A stretch of DNA of 64,000 bases from Callorhinchus milii (GCF_018977255.1 NW_024704742.1:24244001-24308000); one strand, 5' to 3'. Positions 12,640 through 25,279 are shown, counted from the first letter of the stretch. A program made the numbers and translations. The notes: generated from the sequence alone by a model not told the origin.

Positions 12640-12838
12640 ATAATAACCTTGTATTTGATATAACGCCTTATCTCGCCTTCAAGACATCTCAAAGCACTTC
12701 ACAGAATATACTGTAAAATGAATTGACTATTTTTTGTGGGCAAAACGCAGCAGTCGATTGCGCACAACAGTGTCCCACAAACAGGATTGAGTGACCATAT
12801 TATTATTATTTTAAGGAATTATCAACCCCCAGAAAGGT
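12640..12838 (-). mobile_element. SINE family A 3' half
   Basis: Deu-type segment plus tail on the reverse strand, flanked by TA/TG microsatellites. Confidence 0.85.
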
Positions 12839-13555
12839 ATGTATGTGTATGTTTGTACGTGTATGTATGTGTATATCCGTGTGTGTATTATATAATATAT
12901 ATATACACACACGCGCACAATCTTGCATACATGAACCAATGCACACTTTTGGTCTACAAAATCTTGTTTTTCAGAGGTTGTCAATAACGTTCCTGTGTCA
13001 GTGGATCCACTTGTCACGGAACCAGGGGAGTTTTCCATCCAGACCATGTGCTTTTGGAAGTGGATTAGTTCTGAAAGCTCCACATTGACCAGTCTCTGAA
13101 TTGGTCCTGATATTCTTCTCAAGGATAATTTAATGTTTGTTCAAAACCTAACAATGAATCAAGAGGTTAAGAATTTAATTTAAGAATTCTTTGCTTAAAA
13201 AATTTAGTTTTACGTTGATTGTTACCCCATGTTTGGTATAAGTACAAGGGGGGGGGGGGGAATTATTTTGGTGCCAGTTTCTCCTGTGAAAAAATTAGTA
13301 AATGTAGCTGATTAACATCACTTGGGTCTGAAAAGTGAGTTCTCCACATTGAGTTACCTTCTCAGAGAGCTCTGCTATTGTTTGATGTAACAATTAGCTC
13401 AGTGATGATGCAGTTCAAAGTCTCAAGTTCTTCCAGTGTGATCGCGCCCGAACAAGTGGCATCTCTGAAAACTTTGTTAACTGTGCAAAATGCCGAGGTG
13501 TGCTCTTATTTGGGAAATTCGTCTAGGTCAACATCTCTTTTCTCATTTACCCCAG

Positions 13556-13664
13556 GACTTGAAGCACATGATGACTGGCAGTTCAGGCCTAAAAGAAACC
13601 AGAATCGTTTCTAACAGTTGTGACGGCCCTATGGAGGGAATAATTGAAGCAGAGCCGTATAGAG
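13556..13664 (+). CDS. ARFIP1: ARFIP1 coding exon, 109 nt (DLKHMMTGSSGLKETRIVSNSCDGPMEGIIEAEPYR-G)
   Basis: cccag|GACTTG...AGAG|gtaaat, phase 0 to 1; similar to human DLKHSLPSGLGLSETQITS...EGVIEAGAFQG. Confidence 0.9.
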
Positions 13665-13774
13665 GTAAATGAACGTAATTGTCAATGTTGGTTTGCAATT
13701 GCTTTTCTGTTCGTCTTCGAAATGCATTGCAGCCTTGTTTATTATGCACTTCTGTACACTGAATTTGGATATAT

Positions 13775-14013
13775 GAAACCTTGGGCAAGTTTCCTTACTC
13801 CATGCGCCTGGTAATCCCTCAAGGAAAAAAAATAATAATAATTTGGTCATTCAATTCACGACTGTTTGTTGGACACTGCTGTACGCAATTGGCTCCCGCG
13901 TTTCGCCCACAAAATATAGTCAGTTCACTTTACAGTATATTCTGTGAAGTGCTTTGCGGTGTCTAGAAGATGTGAAAAGCGCTATATCAAATGCAAGGAT
14001 TATTATTTATTAT
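13775..14013 (+). mobile_element. SINE family A, 5'-truncated
   Basis: gaaaccttgggcaagtttccttactcca...tcaaatgcaaggattatt. Confidence 0.88.
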
Positions 14014-16619
14014 GTCACGCAGTAGCACATTAGACTTGTGGTTCCTGCTGTAGTCCATTATTGGTCATCTTCATTTTCTTTTTCCTTTTGCAATGTCATT
14101 CACTTCTTAATGCGCCCTGCAACGTCTTTCCAATGTGAAGGGCACTATACAAGTATAATTTGTTGTTGTTAATACCAGTTGCATTATTTGTGTGTTTTGC
14201 TATTCTCTTTGCTGTCCTTTTTGCTATTCTTATTAAAGAGTTTGGATTTGCCCTCAGTTTTGTCCCACCATACAGTTACTTTTTATGGGCCCAAACAACC
14301 AGAGTTACAGCAAGACATCATTTAAGTGTTGAGCAGATTTTTATTATTCAAAACGTAGTGTGAATTAAATATAATCCATTTTTTTTGTATCAATCATTCT
14401 ATTCCTTTGACAGTTCCTGCAAAACAACACAGTTATGTTGCATGTGCATGTTAATTTATCAAAAATGATTGGAGTGCAGAATAATATAGCCTCATAGTAA
14501 TGGTTTTTAGTAATGGTTTATAAAATTCTTAGTACTATTGCCATGGTGGTGAATATTGAGCCTGATTCTATGGATAACTGTATTTTCTGCTGAAAATGTT
14601 GACCTATTTTGTCAGTATTTTAATAGCTGTGTTAATTTCACAATCCAAAAAGCAGTGTCAGGAAAGAAATACTACATTGGAAATAACTGTTTGAAGGTGT
14701 GTAAAGTACATAATTCACGTTCGTCACAGGTGCTAATAAATCACCTGCGCCTCATGTCCCTGGTGACGGACCTTTGTTCATTGGATAGTGTGCAGCTCCT
14801 TGTATAAGCTTGGTTGTTTTTTTAAAAGAAATTTGGGGAGATGGATTGCTTATGCTGCCTATTAGAGAGAACAGTTTTAAAGTCTTCAATTGCTTCTCAA
14901 AGGCTTTTGTACTTGCAATGTTTACTGTCAAGTGTACTAACCTTTGTTGTCATTTAACATGGCACTTATTTGTGCCAGTAATAAACCATAAACAGCCAAG
15001 AGGCGAATGACCAAATAATCTGGCGGACACGGGCACTTTCTAAGTTATCCATTTTTTCTGTTTTATTTATTGTTTCTGAGATGAGCTTCATTTGTTTCCA
15101 AAGCTGAATTATCAATGTAAAGGGATTCCGTTCAACTCAGTCTTTGGGTGGTGTTTCTTTCAGGTTATCAGTGTAGTGGGTGTTGAATCAGGTAACTCGA
15201 GAAGTAACCAGTAAAGCTGAGTTTACAAAATGGTGGAATTGAAATTTGGGGTTTCTACTTTACAAATAAGGAAATATGAATCTGCAGTTTTACTGATATT
15301 GAGCACTGGAACCTGTAATTTTAATTGTCTTACAGAAAAAAAGATATTTGAAACAAAATTATACTATCTTCAGTTTTGTTTGGGTTATTTTTCTATCAGA
15401 GATTCTTTTGTTGTAGTAGAAGTGCAGGTACTACCATCAACTTTGCTGTCGCACTGCTGATTACGTATTTTTCTTCTCTTTTTAAAAAAAAAAGATTTTT
15501 TTAATCTATACAACTGGATTCCTTTTAACAGCCTCAAAAAGGTGATAATGTAACCTATTCTGGGGATATTTTGGTGTTCCTTCATGTGAGTAGTCTATGA
15601 ATGTCCAACTGAGCATTGCTCAGTTGACTTTGACTTGGTTCATTGTATTTGACAGCTTGCTATATACTCTGTTTACATACCATATTTGTTCACATTATGG
15701 CTATAAAATAAGCAAACAACAATGACAGCTTTACAGTGGTAAATATTGTGCACCTTAGCAACATAGTTAGCTGCGTTTCAAGATCATATACGCTAGGAAA
15801 TTGTGACCAAATTAAAATTAGACCAAACAAAACAGCATGCATGTTTACAGTAAAAAGGTAGTGTAGTACAATATCATACAACTCTTGAATTTTTTTATTT
15901 GATTTCTTTATTGAATGCAAAGGTTTCAATCTCTTCAATGAGATGGAGTTTGAATTTGAAAAGGCCCAGGACTAATCAGCATTTGTGAAACATTTGGCAC
16001 TCATTCATAAACAGCTGCCTATCTTAAGCAGATACCTTATTTTCTCTCTGTGAAAAGCTGATTTATTGATTTAATTTAAAAGAGAATGCATTGAATGTAT
16101 TAGATGGCTTTCTGTTACAATCAGGATTTCTCTTTCAAAAAAAAGTATTGCTTCATTTCTCAAATATAAAATCTCTTGTTTCTTATAACTTTTATGATGT
16201 AGATTTTTATTTTTCTTGTGTTAAAAATAAACGTTTGCAGCAAATTGCACTGTATAATTTCAGATAGACTTGAGATAGACTTGTTGTAGTTCTGCCTGAT
16301 ACATCTGCCATTGAGCTATGCATTAAAAAATAAGAATGGTGTCTAAAACAGATTTTATATTTATAAGAGCTTTATTGCAGAATTGTGGCAGTTTTATAAA
16401 AAATAAAAACAATGTTAACTTTTTATTAGAAGGAAAGACTAGTCTAGAAGAAATACTCGCTGTATTCAAAGTGCTTCCTTTCTCTCCTCCCCCCGCCACA
16501 GTATTAGAAAATTATATTCTTGTTTCTTTTGACTCTCAGCGAGAAATCCTCAAACCATCTCCTCTAGTGTTCGACTGCTCTGCTGCATCGTAGAGTTGTT
16601 CCATTGATTGATGGATCGC

Positions 16620-16806
16620 TTTCTGGGGTTAATAATCCCCCCCCCCCCCCCGGGAAAAAAGTTGGTCACTCAATCCACGACTGTTTGTGGGACACTACTG
16701 TACGCAATAAGCTGCCGATCCACTTTACAATATGTTCTGTGAAGAGCTTCGAGATGTCTCAACAGCGTATTAAGGCGCTATATCAAATGCAAGCATTGTT
16801 ATTGTT
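16620..16806 (+). mobile_element. SINE family A 3' half
   Basis: ggtcactcaatccacgactgtttgtgggacac... plus tail. Confidence 0.8.
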
Positions 16807-17295
16807 TACCATCTGGGGCAGGAATGAACACTCTGAACACTTGAACACCAGGTTCCTCCACTGGAATCGCCCTACATTGGAGGAGGTGGGTCACTGGGAG
16901 TCTTGAAACATGAACATATCTGCTTTTAAAGACTAAAATCTAAATTTTTCTATCCACACATCTACCAAAGTTGCTGCATAATGATTTGGCTGCTGGCACC
17001 AAATCTGTTGTCTCCTTTTCCTCGCCAAGGCACAGGGAAGACAGTTGTGTTGTTTCCACCTCCAGCCCTGACTGTGCTCATGTGACTCATTAAAATTCCA
17101 GGGAATTGCATCGTATATTCGGTGTGACTCAGTGCCATCCTACACAGTTCATTTCAACTGCTGAATCATCACAGCATTCATTATTGTTATATCATAGCGG
17201 GGAGACAATTAAACCAGATGTCTCTGTGCAGAATAAACCATTCGACAGATTCCTAATTTGCACACATGTAATTTCCATTGAAAGTTCCAATTTTA

Positions 17296-17700
17296 CATCT
17301 CCCCGATGGCTCAGTTGGTAAATGACACTATCCATTACTGACCTGAGCATCCAGGATAGGAAGATGCCAACTTTGGTCCCTGGTCTCCACTTAACCCATC
17401 TCAGCTACAGTGGTAGATGGACGACAATTGGCCTTCATGCCCTGGGTTATGGAATGGAAATTTAACCAAGGTTGCTGCTCCTGTTTGCTATCACTCACTT
17501 GCTGCTTAAAAAGTGCATGGATGTTGTGAGAACAAAATTTAAATCAACTGGTTTCCCCTTTTCTCCCAAAAGGCTGTGAAACTTGCCAGTCCTCACTGTT
17601 TAGGCTTTGCTTCAAAGGAGTGCCACATAGATAAGGCGCTGGATTAAGACTGAAGTGGAATCAATAGCCATGTATCCCAGTATGAGTTACTCTTTAGAGG
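17296..17700 (+). mobile_element. Ancient AmnSINE2-like SINE, near full length, degenerate
   Basis: ccccgatggctcagttggtaaatg...acaattggccttcatgccctggg...ccaaggttgctgctcctg matches my recollection of the AmnSINE2 consensus; related copies occur elsewhere in the window. Confidence 0.65.
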
Positions 17701-18979
17701 ATATGAACTGTAATCTTGCTTGTGATGCTGATCAGTTTCCGTCAGTCAGTTTTTCATCTCTTTAACAATCATATTATTCCATTCATGGGATAAAAACAAT
17801 TTAGTAGTGCCCTCCCACACGCCTGGCGTCCGCCTTTATCTTTTATTTGTCCAGAAGCTCCTTAGTTAAGACGATGATCAATATGACAAACTTTATCCTT
17901 GTACCCTTTCTAGATACTCTGAAAACAAGTTTGAAAATGAATGCTAATGAACAATAAACGTGCTAAGATCATAAATAAATTCTGGTTTCAGGGCAGCTGC
18001 TTGTAACGCAATCATAAAATGCTTCAGTGGATAGGGGGAAAATTAATCCAGAGATTTAAAACGGGCTGTAAAGTACACATGGCAGTAGAATTTTTTTTAC
18101 TTTTATAAGCTTATAACTGCCCGTTCTGTGATTAGGACAGTGTATACCTTCAGAACATGAATTTATTCAATCTTTTTTAAAAAGCGAACCTACTCTACCA
18201 GTTGACTTTAAACCTAGAAAAGTTGTTGAAAGGTCAGCACGACAATGTGGGAATTGTAATTTAAAAGTTCAGTTTGGTTGAACTGATGATGTGGCTTTTT
18301 TGTTATAGTGTCTTTGCTCGGACAGTTCTGATTGATACATGGTAAATACCATGTCTGCTATAGATAAATTCCAAGCCTGTCTGATTTAAATGTCTTGATT
18401 GATTTATCTGACCTTTTGGTTGTGCTAAACGTACACAGGCATTTTTTTTTGTAAATGCGAATTGTATCCACTTTTCATTTTGTGTTTCAAATTGTAAAGT
18501 AATTGTGTACTCACTTGATTTGTAACATTTCAAGGCGCTACTATCATCTGAAATGTTGCATATCAAGTGTCAAGAGGAACATATGTAATAACAAATTGTT
18601 TCATTCTGTACTGTAGTCAGCTTGAAATGTGTATTTGACAGTTCATTTCATCTGGTATAGCCACTTATTGGGGCCTTGTTTTTCTCGTATGGTTTACAGC
18701 AATTCAATGTAATTATGGTATTGAACAGGTACAAACGTAGCACTTTCAAAGTCTCGAATGCTGTTTTAGACACATGATCGTTTGGGGGGGGGGGGGGGGG
18801 TTGGGTGGGGGGGAGGAGATGGTCTTGCATGGATGCACTTTGTGGGCTGCAGGATAACTGTAGCTAATGCAGAACAAACTTTTAAGTTCCTGGGTGGTCT
18901 GATCCACTATCCTTAAAGTTTTCATTGTTAAAGAGCAAGTCAGACAGACCACCAGTTCTTTAATGTTGTGTATTAATTG

Positions 18980-19190
18980 ACCTTTCCGGGGGTAATAACC
19001 CCTCAAAAAAACAATCATAATAATATGGTCACTCAATCCACGACTGTTTGTGGGACACTGATGTGTGTAATTGGCTGACGCCAATTACAAATTACAGTCA
19101 CTACACTTCACAAAATATTCTGTAAAGCGCTTTGAGACGTTTCAACCAAGTGTTGACGCTATATCAAATGGAAAGTTTATTATATTATTT
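18980..19190 (+). mobile_element. SINE family A 3' half
   Basis: ctttccggggtaataa...ggtcactcaatccacgactgtttgtggg... plus tail. Confidence 0.8.
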
Positions 19191-19779
19191 TTAGGACCAG
19201 TTGGTAGAGCTTTGTGCACTCAGGCTTTTCAGGTTAATTGAAACTATAGATCACACTTTCTATCCTATCTGTGACCATTTTGGGAAATAAAATGACCTTT
19301 TCCATTATACTTTTTAAAAACAAATTGATTTTTGTGGGTAATATTGCATTGTGGCCTGTTTATGCAGTTGTATGGTAATTTCTAAATATTTTAAAATGTT
19401 TTCCACATATAGATTTCACGTCGCATATAAATATATAAATGCTGGTGCAGTTAGTGTTATATAGAGGTTAATGGAGACATGAGTGATTGTAAGATGGTTA
19501 CCTAATTGAGAGGTTCAAATGACATTTGAAATTGTGGGAGTGAACCTCTTGGTTAGATTACAGCCTGAAATCACTCCTGGGGATCAGGTAACACTTTTTA
19601 ATCTAGTTTAAATTGTAGGTATGTAGGTATTTGGTTTCAAAATAGTTTTTGTGCCAAATGCAGCTGTTGGTGGATATGCAGTTTCTCCACCCAGTCAGAT
19701 TTATATATGGATGACATTCTGCAGGATTAACAATTGAATTTCTGTCTTAATTAAAGTTGTGGTAATATGCAGTTGATAC

Positions 19780-19985
19780 CAGGAAGTTCTAGTTGGGACT
19801 TGGAATCGCATAGTCTTGGCTAACACTCTATTGCAGTGCTGGGGGTGTTGACTTGTCAGAGGTGCTGTCTTTCTGGTGAGTCTTTAAATCGAGGTCCCGT
19901 CTGTCTGTTCAGGTAGCTATTAAAGATCCCATGGTACTCTTTGAAAAGAGGCGTGAGTTTCTCCCGGTATCCTGGCCAATAACAA
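19780..19985 (+). mobile_element. Deu-type SINE (family B) fragment
   Basis: gaggtgctgtcttt...ttaaagatcccatggtactctttgaaaagag...cctggccaa (Deu central domain). Confidence 0.75.
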
Positions 19986-20275
19986 CAAATTGCATTCAGA
20001 TAGCTCCTTTCGCATTGGGATGGCGTGCCAAGGCTCTGGACAATAAGGGATTTGCTCCTAGCTGCAGGTTGGGATGGGAGAGGGTTGGAGGTCAAGAACG
20101 TGGAGGTGGATAAATGACCAAAGTACAGTCAAAAAGGTGAGTGTTGAGACGGGCCTTGAAGGAGGCGTGGGAGGGGTTGAAGGGCTCTGGAAATCCAGAG
20201 GGTGGGTGCCGATATGCTGAAAGCCCGACTGTGATAATGGAGCTGGCAAGTCGGGGACCGTGGACAAGGCCATTG
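19980..20275 (-). mobile_element. L2 3' fragment, degenerate
   Basis: Reverse strand gcctccttcaaggcccgtctcaacac... plus tail. Confidence 0.7.
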
Positions 20276-20335
20276 CCTTCAAAGTGAAAGGAACGTATAG
20301 GTTTGTGAAGTTTTTATAGGTCACAGAATAGGGAA

Positions 20336-20607
20336 GAGTGTCCCACAAACAGTCCTGGATTGAGTGAACAAATTATTATAATAATTTTATTTTGAAGAGA
20401 TTATTACCCCTGGAAATCGATCCCCCAATCGACTAATAACCAGGTTCCTACTTACTGTGCTCTGGGAAGGTACGACACACGAAGAGTGCTATATAAATGC
20501 AAGTTGTTGTTGTTCCTGCGAGGTAAGCATTTCGCCCTGCCCAGGAATCGAACCCAAGTCCTCTCGTTTGCAAGGCAAGTGCTCCAACCACTAAGCTACA
20601 GGACTCC
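20336..20607 (-). mobile_element. SINE family A long form, interrupted by a short + strand L2-type tail (about 20460-20515)
   Basis: tRNA head at 20530-20607; long-form linker aggaacctggttattagtcgattgg. Confidence 0.8.
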
Positions 20608-21614
20608 ACATAGGATTATAATACGATGGGATATTTTAATAGGATAACGGGGATAAGTAAAATAACAAGACATAATAACCAATTTCCACATTTAAAAAAA
20701 ACACAAATAAAAGGAACTTCGGATCATCACATTGCTGCCAATGCCACTTCCTGTTTGCTGCGCATCCTGAAAGTAGGTAGTGATGTCAGCAGAAGCACGA
20801 TGACCTGGGAGTTGGGCATATTTCTTTGGCCTGGGAAATGTCAGGTATATTGTACTATCCTATCAGGTGGATATTTTTCCACAAATCAGCTGATCTTTCT
20901 CTCCATAGACCTTGGTGTGTTTTTGCAAATTGGGAATTTTAATTGGACTCCTTAATAAGGAAACCAGAAATATGTCACACTCTGCTGCAGAAACCGCACT
21001 CGATGCGATCTACTTTACAATAAATCCTGTGCTTTGAGGCCTCCTATGGATATAAAATACATTTTATATATGTGTGTGTATATATATATCAAATGCAAGG
21101 ATTATTAATATTCTTTATTAATATTCTACAGCTACAGCTAGATTTCACACATTTTCTTTAAGTCTTTGAAAAGTTTTGTATACGTGGTAAACTGGACCAA
21201 TCATATTGATTTTAATCTAAAGGGATTTGTTTTCTATCAGCAAGATTAGATCTCAGCTTTTCAAATGAATGATCATGAGATTTAATGTGAGAAGATCATT
21301 TTTAGACACTGACTTTCGTGGACTAACTGAAAATTACCTTGGAAATATCCATATATATGAATGATGTGAAATCGGGGATCTTCTGATTTTCTGTTATTCA
21401 ACTTATTGCGTTAAACAATTGAGTATAGTAAATAACTGGTAACCTCTCATAACTGTAGATTACAAAGTTTAATTTTAACCTATGCACTGTTGATCCTGTT
21501 CAGTGTTTTGTACATGCCTGCAGTTCTAATCATATATTTGAAAGCACATTTTTGCTGTTAAACTAGTTTCTAAACAATAAATGACCTGTATAATTTAATG
21601 TAATTTAACAGTTT

Positions 21615-21815
21615 CTCAGCTTTGCCTCCTTCAAGGCGTGTCTCAAGACCTTCCTCTTCGACTCTGCTATTTGTTATCCTCATACTCCCACCCTCCCTAT
21701 CCTCCACCCCTCCTGATCCCAACCCCAGTTTGAGTGCACATCCTTGATTGTCCAGCGCCTTGGCACGTCCTCCCGATGTGAAGGGCGCTAATACAAATGT
21801 AATTTTTTGCTGTTG
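21615..21815 (+). mobile_element. L2 3' fragment
   Basis: gcctccttcaaggcgtgtctcaagaccttcctcttcgac... plus tail. Confidence 0.8.
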
Positions 21816-22799
21816 TAATATCGTGGTTATAAATTCTGATGTAATCTAAATTTTTTTTGTATAGAAATTGTACTCTTTTACACCAATGTAGTGTGACTTG
21901 CTGCTTGTTTGATATTATCACTCTGTTGGTATTGCTTTTCTCCTCAAAAATCATCTTTTTTTGAATACAAAAAGGCTGAAAGCTGAACTCCTAGTGCTAG
22001 CACATGTGTGCATTGTGACCCTTGTCTCCATCGCGTGAATGAAAGCTCAGCTTCACCATTAACATAATATACTCAGCCAATTAATAATTTTATTTTAAGC
22101 AATCTCAGCAGGATAGCACAGCTAAATCAACCAGAAAAGGCCGCTGACACTGCAGACCCATCACGTGACCACAGCATTAACCTTCTGAGATGAACCATGT
22201 AATGTTTGAGGAAGCTTCTTTCTGACCCTCTTAAAACAGACCAAACGACTAAAAGTTGAAAATACATAAATCAAGTGGGTTCAGTCTATGGCATATAATC
22301 ATAAAACTAAAAAATCCAGTATTAGAATATGTGGTGCAAAATAAATTTCAGAGCCCTGGTTTGGAATAATTTGTGTTTTCCTCCTACTTAATAGTGAAGT
22401 TAAAGATTAGGGGAGCAGAAAATGAGAATGGACAGGAAACTGTGAACATCTTTAGTGGCTACTTGAAGGTTTTACCAGGGAGAATGCTGGCAGAGTGCAG
22501 TAAAACATTGGATACATGTCATAAGCTCTGGGATCTCGACATTAGCAAAACAGAGATTCCAGATTGTATAGAAATTGAGGCGGTAGTCACGTGATTTAAT
22601 GTGGGAAGGATGTAGGTTGAATTCAGTCTCTACTAAGTTTAAGAGAAGACACGGAAGATTCTATATAAATATATTGTAAATTAGCTAATCTCAACCGGGC
22701 CAAGAGGTGGTACACTTCAGTGGACTGTCACGTATCAGCATGCTAACCATTGGTGTGTCATCTTATCTGCATTAGCTGTACATATTGAGTTAAGTATCA

Positions 22800-23492
22800 A
22801 CACATAAGTCGCTGGGAACATGCAGTAGGTCAGGCAGCATCCATGGAGAGAGGAAAATGAGTTAATGCTTCAGGTCCATGACCTTTCGTCAGAACTGAAG
22901 GATGTTGGAAGGGAGTAGATTATAACTGACCTCTTATAACTGATTATACTTTCTGACCACCTCTCTCCTCAAAACAGTACCCATTGCCTCCGTTCCTCCG
23001 GGTCTGGCCTCCTCCTCGTCCCCCGAGTCCTCCGCTCCACCCTTGGTGGCCGTGCCTTCATCACTATGCCCCGAGGCTCTGGAACTGCCTTCCTCACTCC
23101 TTTTGCCTCGCTCCCTCCCTTCCTATTTTCAGGACTCTGCTGAAGACCTTTCTTTTCGACCGCGCCTTTGGTCACTTTCCTCCCCGTCCCCCTGGCTCGG
23201 TCCTGGGATCCGTGACTATAAAGCGCTCTGAGACGCCGTCCGGTGTGGAGGGTGCTATATAAATCCAAGTTGTTGTTGTTGTATAAGGACAAGCAGAGAA
23301 GGGGTGGGGAAAGAAAAACAAAGCAAACATTTTCCAACATCCCCCAGTTCTGACGAAAAATAAAGCAAACATTTTCCAACATCCCCCAGTTCTCATTTTC
23401 CTCTTTCAATGAATGCTGCCTGACCTGCTGCGTATTCCCAGCGACTTCTGTGTTTATACCAGATTTCCAGCATCTGCAATACGTTGCCTTTT
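22800..23492. mobile_element. Penelope-like inverted repeat pair (22800-22930 minus, 23290-23492 plus) with a nested L2
   Basis: The arms are reverse complements (ttccaacatcc-cagttctgacgaaa ... tgctgcctgacct-ctgc-t-ttcccagcgactt-tgtg); hammerhead-like CTGACGA core. Confidence 0.72.
22960..23283 (+). mobile_element. L2 3' end (same subfamily as 6645-7265)
   Basis: High similarity to the reverse complement of 6650-6975; ends (TTG)n. Confidence 0.9.
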
Positions 23493-23544
23493 GAGTTAAG
23501 TGTGCGATATGAAATAAACTTGTATAGTGTAAGACGGGGAGGGA

Positions 23545-24360
23545 GACTTGCTGGACTAGCCGGCTCTCCCCTTCACGAACTGCAGACTAACCAGAATTCT
23601 GCATCTGTGTCTATTGGCTATTGCCTCCATCCTTGCCTGACTCTACTATTCCACCAGTGGATTGAATTCAAGATCCTCATCCTATCCTCTAAAATCCCAT
23701 CCAGGTCTTGCCCCATCCTGCCTCTGCAACCTTCTCAAGTGCTACAAACCCAGCAGTTCCATTCACTCAGTGGGCACTAGCCTCAGTGGAGTCCTGTATC
23801 TCAGTAGCTGGAGCACTCGCCTTGCAAGCGAGACACCTGGGTTCAATTCTAGGCAGGGTGAAACCTTGGGCAAGTTTCCTTACTCCACACCCCTAATAAT
23901 AATCTCTCCAAAAAACACTAATAAATTGGTCATTTTCAATCCACCACTGTTTGTGGGACATTGCTGTGTGCAATTGGCTACCGGGTTTCACCCACAGATA
24001 TACGGTCAATTCACTTTACAGTTGAAACGCTTTGAGACATCTAGAAGACGAGAAAAGCGTTATATCAAATGCAAGGATGATTATTAATATACTATATAGT
24101 CTGCTTCGTCTTCCCTGCCCCATCAGCAGTCGGGCTTTCAGTGTATCTGCAACCACTCTCTGGAACTATCCCAGAGTCCTTTTAACTCACTCCTTCTCTA
24201 GCCTCCTTCAAGATCCGTCTCATGACCCTTGACCACGCTTTTGGCCATCTTCCCCACCCACTCCTTCGCCTCACCTCCCACCCCAACTCGGGTGCAACAC
24301 TGTACCGTCCAGTGGCTTGGGATGTGCTTTTAATGTGAAAGGCACAATGTAAATTTGTGG
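23545..24360 (+). mobile_element. Old L2 3' fragment split by a SINE insertion
   Basis: attgaattcaagatcctcatcc... (IEFKILIL) before 23780; resumes near 24100 and runs to the tail. Confidence 0.7.
23788..24086 (+). mobile_element. SINE family A, full length, nested in L2
   Basis: ggagtcctgtatctcagtagctggagc...gggttcaattc... plus tail. Confidence 0.88.
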
Positions 24361-25279
24361 TGTATTTTAACTATTTGATTTTGATCCATCTACAGACCCA
24401 AATAGTATATATTTTTAAAAGTATGTGTTGTGATAATCGATTGTTGTGGAAACCTGTGATGCGATTGAGAGTATGATCCACTGTGTAACTTTTAGCTACC
24501 TGTAGAAAATGCTCAAATTATCTTGTGGTTTTAACAAAAGCCAATTGTTGTTCAAACTATGTGCCAACACTTTTTTTTTCCCAGAAACTATTTCATAGTT
24601 AAAGCCACTAATTGCAGTGTTGAAAGTTTTAATTAAGTGCTGGAAAAGTTCAGATATTTTGTACACACCCCAAGTCGTTTTTGAAGCACGTCAGACATGA
24701 GAGAACTTTTTTTTTAAGACAAAATCTGATTGGGAACAGTAATTGAGATTCTAAGCACATGAAAGGCAGACAATCAGATCTCAGTTTGACATCATATTTT
24801 CAGTGCTTCTAAAGGCGGTTACAGGACTGTGTTGAAGAGTAAAGATTTGGGGGGATAGGCAAATGTTTTGGAGGCTTTGCATGATTTGTTTTTATGGATC
24901 ATAGAGTAATTATACAGACCTTTCTCACACTATCCTTGAGGGAGGGGGTAAAGGTAAACTGGGTCTTTTGGGGTTGAGTTGTCTCCGAACCAGGCAATGG
25001 AGTTTGGTATTGAGTCTATCTCTTTGGTGATCTCGATGGTCTGATTCCTAAATTGGGTTTGTCTGAAGTACTCCAAGCACTTGTTATCGGTTTGGCTTGT
25101 CAACAGGACTTGGAGGGGCAGACTGTTTCCTGGGACAGGGATTATTACTGCTCTGCTCCCTTTAACCTTGCAAGCCAAAGTCCAAATGGTTACGGTGAAC
25201 TTTGCTTTGAGAAATATTATTACCAGACAATGCTTGCAATGGCAAGCTGGTGCAATTTTAGCTGGTTTAACACTAGCAG

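Noticed and set aside
1..13555. Search for the first coding exon of ARFIP1 (MAQESPK...-like, phase-0 donor)
   Set aside because: No matching peptide found. The ATG frame at about 8511 (MGQNMDVEKAKQES...) has no arfaptin similarity and no convincing phase-0 donor. The exon probably lies upstream of the window.
23315..23395. Direct repeat resembling a CRISPR repeat-spacer unit
   Set aside because: A simple two-copy ~42-bp tandem duplication in eukaryotic DNA; no spacers or cas genes.
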